Source of the DNA: an uncultured Candidatus Saccharibacteria bacterium
GTDB lineage: Bacteria; Patescibacteriota; Doudnabacteria; UBA920
Length of the DNA: 64,000 nt
Direction: 5' to 3'
Assembly: GCA_964532425.1 (NCBI GenBank)
Contig: CAZHIA010000004.1
Coordinates: forward strand, 19,740 to 83,739
This document shows positions 38,942 to 48,452 of the stretch, piece after piece. Both the position numbers and the translations under genes were made by a program. Within the stretch, counting starts at the first letter, position 1. Every line of letters begins with the position of its first letter. The notes beneath the pieces are model-generated. The model was given only the letters and a program-made list of their open reading frames with translations. It did not search any database and was not told the origin of the DNA.

Positions 38942-40510
38942 ATGACCGAAGAACTGCAATATATCAGTTCCGACCGTATCACGGTGGAAATTTCCAGCCG
39001 GACTTTCGGGACCACTACCAAGGCACATCAAAAATACTTGCAGGATGTGCCGCCGGAATTCTCACCTCTCGCCGGACAGCTGCGCAAACAGTCGGCCTTG
39101 CTCGCACTCCATCCCGACCACGCCACCCGGGAGCAGGTCTGGGCTGCCTATGGGACAGACCTAAAACTGCTCCAGGAGCATAGCAGCCAGTTCCAAGCTT
39201 TCATGCGGGCGGCGATCAAATGCTCGGTAAAGACCAAAGCCTCTGCCGGGAACGACCGGGATGCGGTTGCCAGCGATACGTATGCCATGCTGGAAAAGAA
39301 CATTCCTGCCATTGGCAATGCTCCCCTGCTGGAACTGTCCCACATTCGGGCAGCCAAGCCGGCTGACGAACAATTGTTCGAACTCCAGGAAGAATTCGAG
39401 GAAGGCATCGGCAGACTGCTCAGGTTGTTTTCCTTCTGGCTGCAAATGCTGGTGGAAGCCGAACTTGTCGGCCTGGCAGAATGGAGCACGGACGACGTCT
39501 GCCGCTACCATTACTTCCGGCATTCGATGGAAGAGAAGGTCGTTTCGGAAAAAATCAAGAAGGAAACCGAGACGAAAGACAATGGCTGGTTCAAGGTCAC
39601 AGAGATCGCTGACGAAACGATCACGCAGACCCTGTTCAAAGAGCGCCACATCCATACCGTGGTAGCCGCCAAATGCTGGAGCCTGCCGGACTATCCCAGG
39701 CCGGTTCCCAAACGCATCGCCGCGCTGCTTGACGAAGTACCGAAGTGGCTCATGCCGCTTATCCGCATCGTGGACGGCCAGATGACCATGGAAGAAGTCG
39801 TCCGCATTAACCAGGAAGAGCGGACCATTGAGCGTTCCGAAATCCGCGGCGTCTACGAGTATGAGCCCGGAATCCTTCTTGGGACGTTCAATCTGGCAGG
39901 GTTTACCCTCGCCGAATCGGCCAATGCCTACTACGATAGTCAAAGCTGTGCGGAAGCAGTCAGAAATGCCGAAGCTCAACACCAACGCTCCGCACAGCGA
40001 AAGGCAGTTATCCGTGGTACCATCACAACAGCGCTCGTCATCACCGCCATCCTGCTCGCAGGGCTAGTTGTCTATCGCGGGATGGAAAGAGGCGCCGAAC
40101 GTGACCGTGCCGCATATCGCGCATATACCGCCGAGCACTCAACGGGAGAGGTTCTTCTGGCTAAACCTGGTGACCTGATTCCACTCAAAAACCGGGTGTA
40201 CCTGAAATACAATGGAGCCGATCCGTTGAACCGGTCTATTCAGTTCTCTCCGGTCAAAGGCGTGAAGCTGCCGCTTGACGGCGCAGCCGTTAGCGACCCG
40301 GCGGATACGCAGATTCACCAAGCGCCAAATCCGTACATGTTCGTCCTGATGCAGAGTGCAGAAAGCGCTTATTACGGAGACATTGACCTCGGACCGTCTC
40401 TGGGGATCTTCGTCAAGCTGCACATTTTGTCCATCAAAGACTCGAGTCACGAGATGAAGTACTCGTATACAGCGTACGCTGACGGGCAGTGGAACCAACC
40501 AGCGCAATAG
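38942..40510 (+). CDS. Hypothetical membrane-anchored ORFan
   Basis: SD aaggagg; single TM segment near residue 370; terminator near 40522-40555. Confidence 0.7.
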   Translation: MTEELQYISSDRITVEISSRTFGTTTKAHQKYLQDVPPEFSPLAGQLRKQSALLALHPDHATREQVWAAYGTDLKLLQEHSSQFQAFMRAAIKCSVKTKASAGNDRDAVASDTYAMLEKNIPAIGNAPLLELSHIRAAKPADEQLFELQEEFEEGIGRLLRLFSFWLQMLVEAELVGLAEWSTDDVCRYHYFRHSMEEKVVSEKIKKETETKDNGWFKVTEIADETITQTLFKERHIHTVVAAKCWSLPDYPRPVPKRIAALLDEVPKWLMPLIRIVDGQMTMEEVVRINQEERTIERSEIRGVYEYEPGILLGTFNLAGFTLAESANAYYDSQSCAEAVRNAEAQHQRSAQRKAVIRGTITTALVITAILLAGLVVYRGMERGAERDRAAYRAYTAEHSTGEVLLAKPGDLIPLKNRVYLKYNGADPLNRSIQFSPVKGVKLPLDGAAVSDPADTQIHQAPNPYMFVLMQSAESAYYGDIDLGPSLGIFVKLHILSIKDSSHEMKYSYTAYADGQWNQPAQ

Positions 40511-40592
40511 CGCTCGCATTCTCAGCCAAACCTTCTCAAGGTTTGGCTGTTTTTAATACGTTACTGATCTATCAAAATCAAATGTTCCTTCC

Positions 40593-40630
40593 ATTCTACA
40601 AATTACTGCATATGCAGTAATTTGTAGAAT
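40593..40630. repeat. 38-bp perfect palindrome
   Basis: attctacaaattactgcat|atgcagtaatttgtagaat. Confidence 0.9.
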
Positions 40631-40748
40631 ACAATATTTGGATATCAATAATTGCCAACTACTTCGCAGTACAAGATGAGATACATCGCGGACACGAGAA
40701 CTCATTTCTGCTATAATTGAGGCGTAAATTCAAAAGTACCCATCCAAT

Positions 40749-41750
40749 ATGGAAAACAAGCCACTGCTGCAAACTGAGATCAGCGACCCTCTTAACATCC
40801 TCAGCTCTACCAAACAGGTAGCGGATAGTTTCCAATTTGTTTCGATCAATGAAGAGTCTTTGGAGAATTTGTCTCAAGAGATTATCAAGCGCTTTGGCCA
40901 GGGGCTCAGTAACCAGGAATTGGGTTTTACCGTTTCGGGGGACTTGGAACGGGACCTGCAAACCATATTCGTGGAAGACGCAGTGAATTTCTGTTTTTGG
41001 GCAAGCAAAGGGCAGTCCAAGTGGCAAATAGAACTGCCGGATGGCGGCAAAACGGAAGGCGGTTGGTTTGGGCTGCAAGCCTGCTTTGAACGAGCACTTT
41101 TAGAACACGTGCCAATCTTTGAGGCTGACCATCTGGCGCAATTGAATAGGACTGATGCCGAACATTTTTTCCGAGGTGTAGGCGGTGTGACGATTCCCCT
41201 ACTGGACGAACGCATAAATAATCTGCGCGAGACTGGGAAAATCCTGTTAGAAAAATTTGATGGACAATTTTCAAATGTTGTGCAGACTGCTAATGGTGAC
41301 GCCATAGAATTAGTTAAGATCATAGCCAAAAATTTTCCCTCTTTCCGTGATGTTTCGCAGTTTGATGGTATTGAAGTTAGTTTCCTCAAGCGGGCACAGA
41401 TCTGCGCCAATGATACTATACGCATCCTGAAAGACCATCATCAAAATATGGCAGGGCTAGAATTACTCACTGCCTTTGCCGACTACAAGCTCCCTCAAAT
41501 CTTGCGCATGTTCGGGGTATTGCAATACGAACCATCTCTTGCGAAGCGGATAGATATTTATGAGGAGATTCCGCACGACAGCCGTGAGGAAATCGAAATC
41601 CGGGCTGCTACTATTTGGGCGGTCGAACTACTGAGACAACGGACCCCTCACCTGACTGCCAGTGACATCGACAACACCCTCTGGCTGTTAAGCCAGGACA
41701 TCCAAAATGAAGCCAAACCATACCACCGGACAAGAACGATCTATTATTAG
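40749..41750 (+). CDS. qng1: Queuosine salvage protein (Qng1/DUF2419, queuosine-5'-phosphate N-glycosylase)
   Basis: DAVNFCFW, FPSFRD, FLKRAQI, FADYKLPQILR, EIEIRAAT, DNTLW and C-terminal HRTRTIYY. Confidence 0.88.
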   Translation: MENKPLLQTEISDPLNILSSTKQVADSFQFVSINEESLENLSQEIIKRFGQGLSNQELGFTVSGDLERDLQTIFVEDAVNFCFWASKGQSKWQIELPDGGKTEGGWFGLQACFERALLEHVPIFEADHLAQLNRTDAEHFFRGVGGVTIPLLDERINNLRETGKILLEKFDGQFSNVVQTANGDAIELVKIIAKNFPSFRDVSQFDGIEVSFLKRAQICANDTIRILKDHHQNMAGLELLTAFADYKLPQILRMFGVLQYEPSLAKRIDIYEEIPHDSREEIEIRAATIWAVELLRQRTPHLTASDIDNTLWLLSQDIQNEAKPYHRTRTIYY

Positions 41751-41809
41751 AGCGCTTTCCTGCTGCAAACTTTCCAACTTTACTTGGAACCTATAGCAAA
41801 CTCATGACC

Positions 41810-41851
41810 TTATTCAACAAAAAACTGCATATGCAGTTTTTTGTTGAATAA
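41810..41851. repeat. 42-bp perfect palindrome
   Basis: ttattcaacaaaaaactgcat|atgcagttttttgttgaataa. Confidence 0.9.
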
Positions 41852-41855
41852 CTAA

Positions 41856-42131
41856 TTAGAAGTCAAACAAATCTCCAATAATACTGCTTTTTCTTTTCTG
41901 GTGCGGTTGGCCGGAGTAGCCATGTTTGTCCTCATGATGATGGCCGTCATCGCCATAACTCTCCTGCTGCGATCTGGAAGGGGCTTCGTAACCGCCACCG
42001 ACCGATTTTTCAATAATTTTATCCAGCTCCCCGCGGTCAAGCCAGACACCTCGGCACTTGGGACAGTAGTCTATTTCCACACCCTGACGCTCGGCCATTT
42101 GTAAATCGACTTCGCAAATTGGACATTTCAT
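41856..42131 (-). CDS. TFIIB-type zinc-finger protein
   Basis: MKCPIC...GVEIDYCPKCRGVWLDRGELDKII...LFDF. Confidence 0.9.
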   Translation of the reverse strand: MKCPICEVDLQMAERQGVEIDYCPKCRGVWLDRGELDKIIEKSVGGGYEAPSRSQQESYGDDGHHHEDKHGYSGQPHQKRKSSIIGDLFDF

Positions 42132-42142
42132 ATATGTGCTGT

Positions 42143-43069
42143 TTAATTATTTAATGTTTTTAGAAAAACTTTTTGGTCTTGGATAATCTGGTCAATATAT
42201 GGGGTCAAATAAGCCTCAAAGTGGCTGATGGGGTAATGTTTAATTACGGCATTCGGCGCCTTTGATGCGACCTCTACTGCAAATGACGCAGAGGCTTCAG
42301 TATCCTTGTCGGCAACGCACATAAGAAGCGGCATAGTTAATTTCTCCGCCGTTCCCTCGACATATCTTGGCAAACCCTTCAAAACCATTTTGAAAAAGAA
42401 ACGGGGAGCAAGGGCATTCTTCCAGCCAGACGCCTCTCCGCCCATGGCCTCAAACGCTTCTTTCGCTTTCGGATCAATGAAAGCAGCCAAACCGCCTGGT
42501 TCTGTAGGATACACAGGGACAAAATAGGGAGACCTGCCAAACCAAGAACCGAGCATGTCAACTGCAGCAGCTCCGATATAATGAAATTTTAATTTCATTA
42601 TTTTCCAGCTACGGTCTTCTTCTTGGCTCCGGCCGCGATGCTGAATGTCTATTAATGGGGCCTGGGAAATGACAGCCGCAATCCTCACGTCTTTTGCGGC
42701 TACAGCCAGCACATGCCCTCCGCTGAAAGATGTTCCCCACAGTGCGATCTTGTCAGGATTAATCTTCGGGTGAGAGCGCACAAAGGAAATAGCGGCTTGA
42801 TAGTCTTCCCGCTGGTTTTCTATATCAAGCAGCTGCCGGGGCTCTCCCCCGCTTCGGCCAAACGACCGATAATCGAAAGCGAATACCGCAATACCAAGTT
42901 CGACAAATTTTTCAGCATACTGGGCAAGCCCCAGGCGCTTGGTTCCACTGCCGCCATGACCCATAACAAGACAAGGAATTTGTCCGGACAAATTCTGCGG
43001 CCAATAAAAATCTCCGGCACACGTAACATTATTTGATTCGAAGAAAACTTCTTCAATTTCCATATTCAT
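42143..43069 (-). CDS. Alpha/beta hydrolase
   Basis: VMGHG, FDYRSFGRSGG, WGTSFSGGH nucleophile motif. Confidence 0.9.
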   Translation of the reverse strand: MNMEIEEVFFESNNVTCAGDFYWPQNLSGQIPCLVMGHGGSGTKRLGLAQYAEKFVELGIAVFAFDYRSFGRSGGEPRQLLDIENQREDYQAAISFVRSHPKINPDKIALWGTSFSGGHVLAVAAKDVRIAAVISQAPLIDIQHRGRSQEEDRSWKIMKLKFHYIGAAAVDMLGSWFGRSPYFVPVYPTEPGGLAAFIDPKAKEAFEAMGGEASGWKNALAPRFFFKMVLKGLPRYVEGTAEKLTMPLLMCVADKDTEASASFAVEVASKAPNAVIKHYPISHFEAYLTPYIDQIIQDQKVFLKTLNN

Positions 43070-43123
43070 GGTTTTAACTAATGCACTTCATACCCAGAAA
43101 GGTACTTTGTCGAACTCTATACA

Positions 43124-43582
43124 TTATTCCACGGGTATATATATTTCCGTCAGCGCATTCTCCATACCAACCTCCTGGGGATTGTTCATATAGACCTCCC
43201 TGGTTGGGCCGTGAGGTTTCTTGCCTTGTTCCGCAATCCAGGCTAGAAGCTGTCCGTACACCGGAACCATTTGGTCATATGACCCTTTATGCGTGACTTT
43301 GGCCATCTGTCCGCCTGGCAATTCATAGCATTTCATTTCTTCGGTTTCCGTGATTTTTTGGGCAATAGGCCACGCAACTTCCAAATCACCTTCGGATAAT
43401 TTTTCGTTTTCCCGACCGAACTCGTGATACTGGTATATCGGCGCTCCGGCAGGACCAACTCCCTGGCTCTGTAAATACCCAAAGCTCTCCATGATCAGCT
43501 GAGGTATTTGTTTATATGGCGCATGCCTTGTTATTCCCAAAACTAATTGTGGTTGTACTTCTACGATTGTAGGTTGTTCCAT
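43124..43582 (-). CDS. GyrI-like small-molecule-binding protein
   Basis: LPGG..AKVTHKGSY, REVYMNNP, TEIYIPV. Confidence 0.9.
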   Translation of the reverse strand: MEQPTIVEVQPQLVLGITRHAPYKQIPQLIMESFGYLQSQGVGPAGAPIYQYHEFGRENEKLSEGDLEVAWPIAQKITETEEMKCYELPGGQMAKVTHKGSYDQMVPVYGQLLAWIAEQGKKPHGPTREVYMNNPQEVGMENALTEIYIPVE

Positions 43583-43604
43583 AAAATTTAGACAATAGGT
43601 TTAA

Positions 43605-43904
43605 TTATTGTGCTGTTTGCTGAGCAGCAGATGGAGTTTCGGCCCTCTTGGGAGCAACCAGCCAGTTATACAGCAACGCCAGAAAACCAAAATGCACAAA
43701 CCCTTCCACAAAACCCATCACAGCTCCGGTAAAGATACCAATTACCGATACCGAGTAGCCCCAGGGTCCATAGAACGGGATAAGGAAATTGGCAAAATCC
43801 TTTACCCCCGGAATGCCTATCAGGGCTCCTATTGTCCAAAGCACCGCACCCAGCCCCAGCCAGATGCCGGCGGCAATAGCAAATTTTAATGCATTGATTT
43901 TCAT
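43605..43904 (-). CDS. Small membrane protein
   Basis: Two hydrophobic segments, Gly-rich. Confidence 0.7.
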   Translation of the reverse strand: MKINALKFAIAAGIWLGLGAVLWTIGALIGIPGVKDFANFLIPFYGPWGYSVSVIGIFTGAVMGFVEGFVHFGFLALLYNWLVAPKRAETPSAAQQTAQ

Positions 43905-43933
43905 ATGTTCCTTTCTTTTACGAATTTTATTAA

Positions 43934-44617
43934 TTAATAGATAAAAGGGATCAATCTATACCTCACATGCTTGGCATAATTGGCATACCCTGACAGCTCC
44001 TGCAACAAGGTCCGGTCTTCAAAAGATGTCCGCACCACCAACAAAGCAGCCGCGGCACATGCCGGCACTATCGACCACGCCCAGGCAGACCCCAGCACAA
44101 AGGGCGTCACTGATGTAAATAGCATCCCACCAACATATCCCGGATGGCGGACAATTGCATACGGGCCGGTTGTGCAGACCTGCTGATTGCGGTCTGTTTG
44201 TATCCTGACCACGCTGGAAAAAAATCTGTTTGCATATTTTGCCCAAAGGAAAATGGCGTGGGCAATAAGGAATATAGCTATGGCTGTTGTGTAAGAGGTG
44301 TGGGATAACGGAACCGAAACATGGAAGCGCCCCCTATCCAGAGCAGCCAAGACAATGGAAATGAAACTCAAAGGCGTAGACACAGCAAAATATACCTTAT
44401 CCCACCATTTCATGCCTTTACCCGGACTCAATCGTTCCCGAATCAGATCCTTTTTATCGGCTAACAACCAGACTGTAAAAAACAAAATGATTACTGACAA
44501 AAGGACATATACCCATCCTTGCCAATAATTCCACGTCCCTGCCGGCACAAAGACAAGAAGCAGGAGAAGGAACGGAGAAGCCAGGCCTTTTAATATGGTT
44601 GTGTGCGTTTCCTTCAT
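43934..44617 (-). CDS. Isoprenylcysteine carboxyl methyltransferase (ICMT/PEMT)-family membrane protein
   Basis: NRFFSSVVRIQ, GPYAIVRHPGY, RTSFEDRTL, YRLIP. Confidence 0.88.
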   Translation of the reverse strand: MKETHTTILKGLASPFLLLLLVFVPAGTWNYWQGWVYVLLSVIILFFTVWLLADKKDLIRERLSPGKGMKWWDKVYFAVSTPLSFISIVLAALDRGRFHVSVPLSHTSYTTAIAIFLIAHAIFLWAKYANRFFSSVVRIQTDRNQQVCTTGPYAIVRHPGYVGGMLFTSVTPFVLGSAWAWSIVPACAAAALLVVRTSFEDRTLLQELSGYANYAKHVRYRLIPFIY

Positions 44618-44619
44618 AT

Positions 44620-44733
44620 AAACAAAAAACCGAACCTAAAATAGGCCGGTTGTAATTGATAGTGGCTCAACGCTTCAAACGTTCACCTGCATAGGCGAAA
44701 CCCTTCGTTTGTCGCTCCCCACTATCCAAGGCT
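44620..44733 (-). promoter_or_regulatory. Structured 5' leader with intrinsic terminator (candidate riboswitch/attenuator)
   Basis: After -10 TATAAT: GATAGTGG...CCACTATC stem with internal hairpin, then AACCGGCCTA-TTT-TAGGTTCGGTT plus U tract just before the ATG. Confidence 0.55.
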
Positions 44734-44859
44734 GTATCTATTATAGCACCAAATCTGAGAAAGCCATATTCTGTTTGTCCCCACAAATTTTCGTGCCTCA
44801 AAAACCGCGTTAAAGCTCCAAACGCCGGATGGCAGCATCCCAACAGAAAAGAGAGGCTG

Positions 44860-45759
44860 CTAGCCTCTCTTTAGGTACACTTTAACGAAACTGCTTTTTA
44901 AGTCAGCGCCTTTGTCCGAAAGGCCGTCGCTATTCCCGCTTTTGGCCATATCCAGCAAGCCATCGAGTTGGAGGCGTATCTGCTTCACCGAATCATCATT
45001 CAGTTCCGCCTCTACGGCTTGTAATTTACCATCGGCATCACCATAGGCACCCATTACTCCGACCGCGTCCTTTTTGGCTGCGGCATCGAGCATCACCTCC
45101 ATCGAATCGTGGAAGTCCACCAAGGCTACCGACAGGGGCGAGAAACGATTGCGTTTTAAGATATCCTGAAACACCGGCCTGACCTTTTCCAATTCCTTAT
45201 GAGAGGCGGTCAAGTCGCCGCTTCCTACGGCATCCCGTTGGCTTTCGACGAGCACCCAAACAGTCTGCAAATCAGCGGTAAGGTTCCTGTCGTCCCGAAT
45301 GGCGAACGGTCTGTACGCGGAATACTTCTGTTGAAATGCCGGGTACGCTGCTACGAGCTGCGCATAATTCTGCTTCGCTTCATCCCGTTTGTTTTGTCCG
45401 GTAAAGAATAATGTCTGCTTGTAATAATTATTCACCTTGCCGAAGTCTTCCAGAAAGATTTTCTTGGAAAAAAAATTACTGTAGTACGAACCGGCAACAG
45501 GCAACGCGACAGCCAACAGACTGAGGACGGACACTACTATTCTACGTTTGACCGTTCCGGCCAGGCTCAATGTCGTTATGCCGAGGAGGCGGTAGATCAG
45601 GCAAATACCCGTCACCGCTGTTACGGCCAGTACAGTTGCAAGCACATAAGCAGCAATTTGCCACGCTCCCCATAACCAGAAGAAGCCAGCCAGAAACGTC
45701 GCTTCAGCGGCAAGGAATCTGGTTATCCTGTCCACCGGACCCTCATTTTTCCAATGCAT
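44860..45759 (-). CDS. DUF2892 N-terminal domain fused to a helical extracytoplasmic domain
   Basis: KNEGPVDRITR...TGICLIYRLLG, then a TM segment and helical bundle. Confidence 0.75.
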   Translation of the reverse strand: MHWKNEGPVDRITRFLAAEATFLAGFFWLWGAWQIAAYVLATVLAVTAVTGICLIYRLLGITTLSLAGTVKRRIVVSVLSLLAVALPVAGSYYSNFFSKKIFLEDFGKVNNYYKQTLFFTGQNKRDEAKQNYAQLVAAYPAFQQKYSAYRPFAIRDDRNLTADLQTVWVLVESQRDAVGSGDLTASHKELEKVRPVFQDILKRNRFSPLSVALVDFHDSMEVMLDAAAKKDAVGVMGAYGDADGKLQAVEAELNDDSVKQIRLQLDGLLDMAKSGNSDGLSDKGADLKSSFVKVYLKRG

Positions 45760-45782
45760 ATTGGTTTTAATGTATCGTTAAT

Positions 45783-46403
45783 TTATACTGACAAAATCTG
45801 CTCCAATTTCGGACGGTCAAAGCCGACAATATATTCCGGCTCGCTGTCCTCATATTCGATCTCGGTCACCGGTACGCCCATCTGCCCGGTTTTTTGAACC
45901 ATGGCTTCAGCCGCTTTCTGGTCACGGTCGACATAGACCACCTCATGCGGGATCTTCTTGCCTTCGAGCCACTTCTTTTCCATAACGCAATACGGGCAGG
46001 TCTGGGTAGAATAAAGCTTCACGCTTTTCGGCTGCAACGCGCCCACGCCTGCCGCTTCGTGCACCAACCCTTTAATGGTACTATCGGCTTTGGCGGCCAG
46101 TTCGGAAAGCTGGGGGTATTGGGCAAACGACTGCAAAATGGCGGTCTGGCCGGTGCCGACTAAAATATCATCGCCCTTCTTGATAATCGAAACCGCGCAC
46201 GGCAGGAAACCGACCAAATTATGGTCAATGTCCAACAGCTGTTTGAGCCAATCGGTACGGCAGATGAGTACGGTTTTCCCGGCTCCATCCGGCAGCTCGA
46301 TTTCCCCTAACACTTTAAAGCTTTGTCGTTCGGCTTGGTCTTTCAACTCACGCTCGGTCTCCGAAAGCGACCGAGTGCTTTTTCTAAAATATGCTAAGTT
46401 CAT
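45783..46403 (-). CDS. DUF302-like + glutaredoxin fusion
   Basis: GFLPC in the N-terminal domain; YSTQTCPYC, GQMGVP, IVGFD. Confidence 0.8.
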   Translation of the reverse strand: MNLAYFRKSTRSLSETERELKDQAERQSFKVLGEIELPDGAGKTVLICRTDWLKQLLDIDHNLVGFLPCAVSIIKKGDDILVGTGQTAILQSFAQYPQLSELAAKADSTIKGLVHEAAGVGALQPKSVKLYSTQTCPYCVMEKKWLEGKKIPHEVVYVDRDQKAAEAMVQKTGQMGVPVTEIEYEDSEPEYIVGFDRPKLEQILSV

Positions 46404-46421
46404 AATTGTATTATGGCTTAA

Positions 46422-46625
46422 TTATTTTATTGTCTTAAAATTGAACAATGGATACAGGGCACAGTAGCCCGACAGCGAAGTAAATAAGGCAGCGGCAGAA
46501 AGTACATATACAACATCCTTCCACACTTCTTTTAACACAAAAAAAGCCAGAAAGAACAACACTGCTGAAAGCAAAAAACGGACAATACGGTCAGTTCTGC
46601 TTTCGTTCGGTAACGGGCAAGTCAT
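46422..46625 (-). CDS. DUF2892 small membrane protein
   Basis: NESRTDRIVR...GYCALYPLF. Confidence 0.82.
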   Translation of the reverse strand: MTCPLPNESRTDRIVRFLLSAVLFFLAFFVLKEVWKDVVYVLSAAALFTSLSGYCALYPLFNFKTIK

Positions 46626-46629
46626 ATAT

Positions 46630-46938
46630 TTAATCCTTGTGGCAGATAAACTGCCTGATATATTTAATCAATGGGGTTTTGTGCAAAGAGTAACAAATTT
46701 TCTTCCCCTCTCGCCTCGTACTGACGATGTCAAATTCCTGAAGCATTTGGAGATGATGGGAAACGGCTGCCACGCTCATCTTGAGACAGCCGGCAATATC
46801 GGAAACACAGATGTCTGTATGCTCAAAAAGAGCGCACAGAATGCGGATTCTCGTCTCATCCCCTGCCAGCTCCAAGATCTTGGCCTTCTTGGCCAAATCC
46901 TGAGTCAGCAGCTTAGGTTTGATGGCTGTTTGTTCCAT
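46630..46938 (-). CDS. ArsR/SmtB-family regulator
   Basis: GDETRIRIL, CVSDIA, AVSHHL, RREGKKICY. Confidence 0.92.
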   Translation of the reverse strand: MEQTAIKPKLLTQDLAKKAKILELAGDETRIRILCALFEHTDICVSDIAGCLKMSVAAVSHHLQMLQEFDIVSTRREGKKICYSLHKTPLIKYIRQFICHKD

Positions 46939-46945
46939 ATGTAAA

Positions 46946-46975
46946 ATATCATTCAAATAACTGTTTGAATGATAT
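46946..46975. promoter_or_regulatory. ArsR/SmtB-type operator
   Basis: atatcattcaaa-taactg-tttgaatgatat between divergent genes. Confidence 0.75.
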
Positions 46976-47072
46976 ACCGATAATATTTTTCTGTCAAGCC
47001 GGCATACCAGACTCGATGTTGCCAAAAAGACCGGATGAATATATCATAATAACAGCAATTATTCTTGCCGAT

Positions 47073-47315
47073 ATGAAAATCCAAGTTTTAGGCGCAGGCT
47101 GCCCCACGTGCAAAAAACTCTATGAAATAACTCAACAGGCGGTTTCTCAGTTACACCTTCCCGAAGAGGTGGAATATGTTACCGACATTCAGCAGGTATT
47201 GGATATGGGGCTTATGTCCAGTCCCGTGCTGGCTGTAAACGGCAAACCCGTGTTAGTCGGTTTCATTCCCGACATAGAAAAAATCAAATCAGCCATACAG
47301 AAACACATTGCTTAA
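47073..47315 (+). CDS. Small thioredoxin-like redox protein (Thioredoxin_3)
   Basis: MKIQVLGAGCPTCKKL...MSSPVLAVNG. Confidence 0.88.
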   Translation: MKIQVLGAGCPTCKKLYEITQQAVSQLHLPEEVEYVTDIQQVLDMGLMSSPVLAVNGKPVLVGFIPDIEKIKSAIQKHIA

Positions 47316-48278
47316 ATGAATATCTTTTATCCGCTCCAAGCCCTAGCCGACTGGCTGGCATACCACGCCTTTCGCCTGCCCCACGAAAAGCTGGGTGAAG
47401 CCGTTAGCTATTTTATTTTTGATTCAGTCAAAATCCTGTTGCTGCTGGCAGTAATCGTTTTTGCGGTCTCGTTGCTCCGCACGTTTCTGCCGCCAGAAAA
47501 GACACGCAAGCTCCTGTCCGGTACAGGCACATACACAAGCAATGTTCTGGCTGCCGCTTTGGGCATTTTTACCCCTTTCTGCTCCTGCAGCGCTATCCCC
47601 TTATTTTTAGGGTTCGTGCAGGCAGGCGTACCGCTTGGCGCCACCTTTTCCTTTTTGGTAGCCTCCCCGATGATAAACGAAGTAGCGTTAGTGCTGCTGC
47701 TTGGCTTATTTGGCTGGAAAATTGCTCTTCTGTATATTATGAGCGGCTATATTATTGCTGTTCTTGCCGGTGTGATTATCGGCAAATTAAAACCGGAAAA
47801 TTTACTGGAATCCTTTGTAATACAAAACTCTATCACTACTGACGTCGAACTGCCGGACCTGACGTGGTCAGACAGACTGATCTACGCCAAAACCTATACA
47901 TCAGATACCGTAAAGAAAGTTTGGGTGTATATTTTAATCGGTATCGGCATTGGCGCTTTTATCCACGGGTACGTGCCTGCCGATTTTCTGGTCCGATATG
48001 CCGGCAGCGGCAACTGGTACAGCGTACCACTGGCCGTACTGATCGGCATCCCACTCTACTCCAATGCCGCCGGTATCGTGCCGCTCGTGAGCGCTCTGAC
48101 GGAAAAGGGCGTAGCCATGGGCACCACCCTGGCCTTTATGATGTCGGTCACTTCCCTCTCCTTGCCGGAGTTTATGATCTTAAAAAGGGTCATGAAAGTT
48201 AAACTGATCGTAATTTTTGCCGGGGTAGTGGGAGCAGGTATTATGCTTACCGGTTTTCTGTTTAATTGGGTGTTATGA
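47316..48278 (+). CDS. ArsP/DUF318-family permease
   Basis: TPFCSCSAIPLF, FLVASPMINEV, GIPLYSNAAG, SLSLPE. Confidence 0.9.
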   Translation: MNIFYPLQALADWLAYHAFRLPHEKLGEAVSYFIFDSVKILLLLAVIVFAVSLLRTFLPPEKTRKLLSGTGTYTSNVLAAALGIFTPFCSCSAIPLFLGFVQAGVPLGATFSFLVASPMINEVALVLLLGLFGWKIALLYIMSGYIIAVLAGVIIGKLKPENLLESFVIQNSITTDVELPDLTWSDRLIYAKTYTSDTVKKVWVYILIGIGIGAFIHGYVPADFLVRYAGSGNWYSVPLAVLIGIPLYSNAAGIVPLVSALTEKGVAMGTTLAFMMSVTSLSLPEFMILKRVMKVKLIVIFAGVVGAGIMLTGFLFNWVL

Positions 48279-48284
48279 GCAGCA

Positions 48285-48313
48285 TTGACGCGTGTGTCCT
48301 TTTCCTCTATAAT
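48285..48313 (+). promoter_or_regulatory. Sigma70 promoter for tRNA-His
   Basis: TTGACG-17 bp-TATAAT. Confidence 0.7.
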
Positions 48314-48452
48314 TCCTATGCAATTGAATAAATTGACTGCCTGACACAGCAGGCAGGAATTGGACTCTTACCAAATCTGTGTAAGAGTTTTTAGATACAT
48401 CACTGATACGCAGATTACACAGATAATACAACTTGGGGCCACGGCCATATAT

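Noticed and set aside
44708-44722. ZTP riboswitch suggested by GGGGAGCGAC
   Set aside because: The upstream GACUGGCG and downstream CGCCUGGG elements are absent, and the regulated genes are not purine or folate genes.
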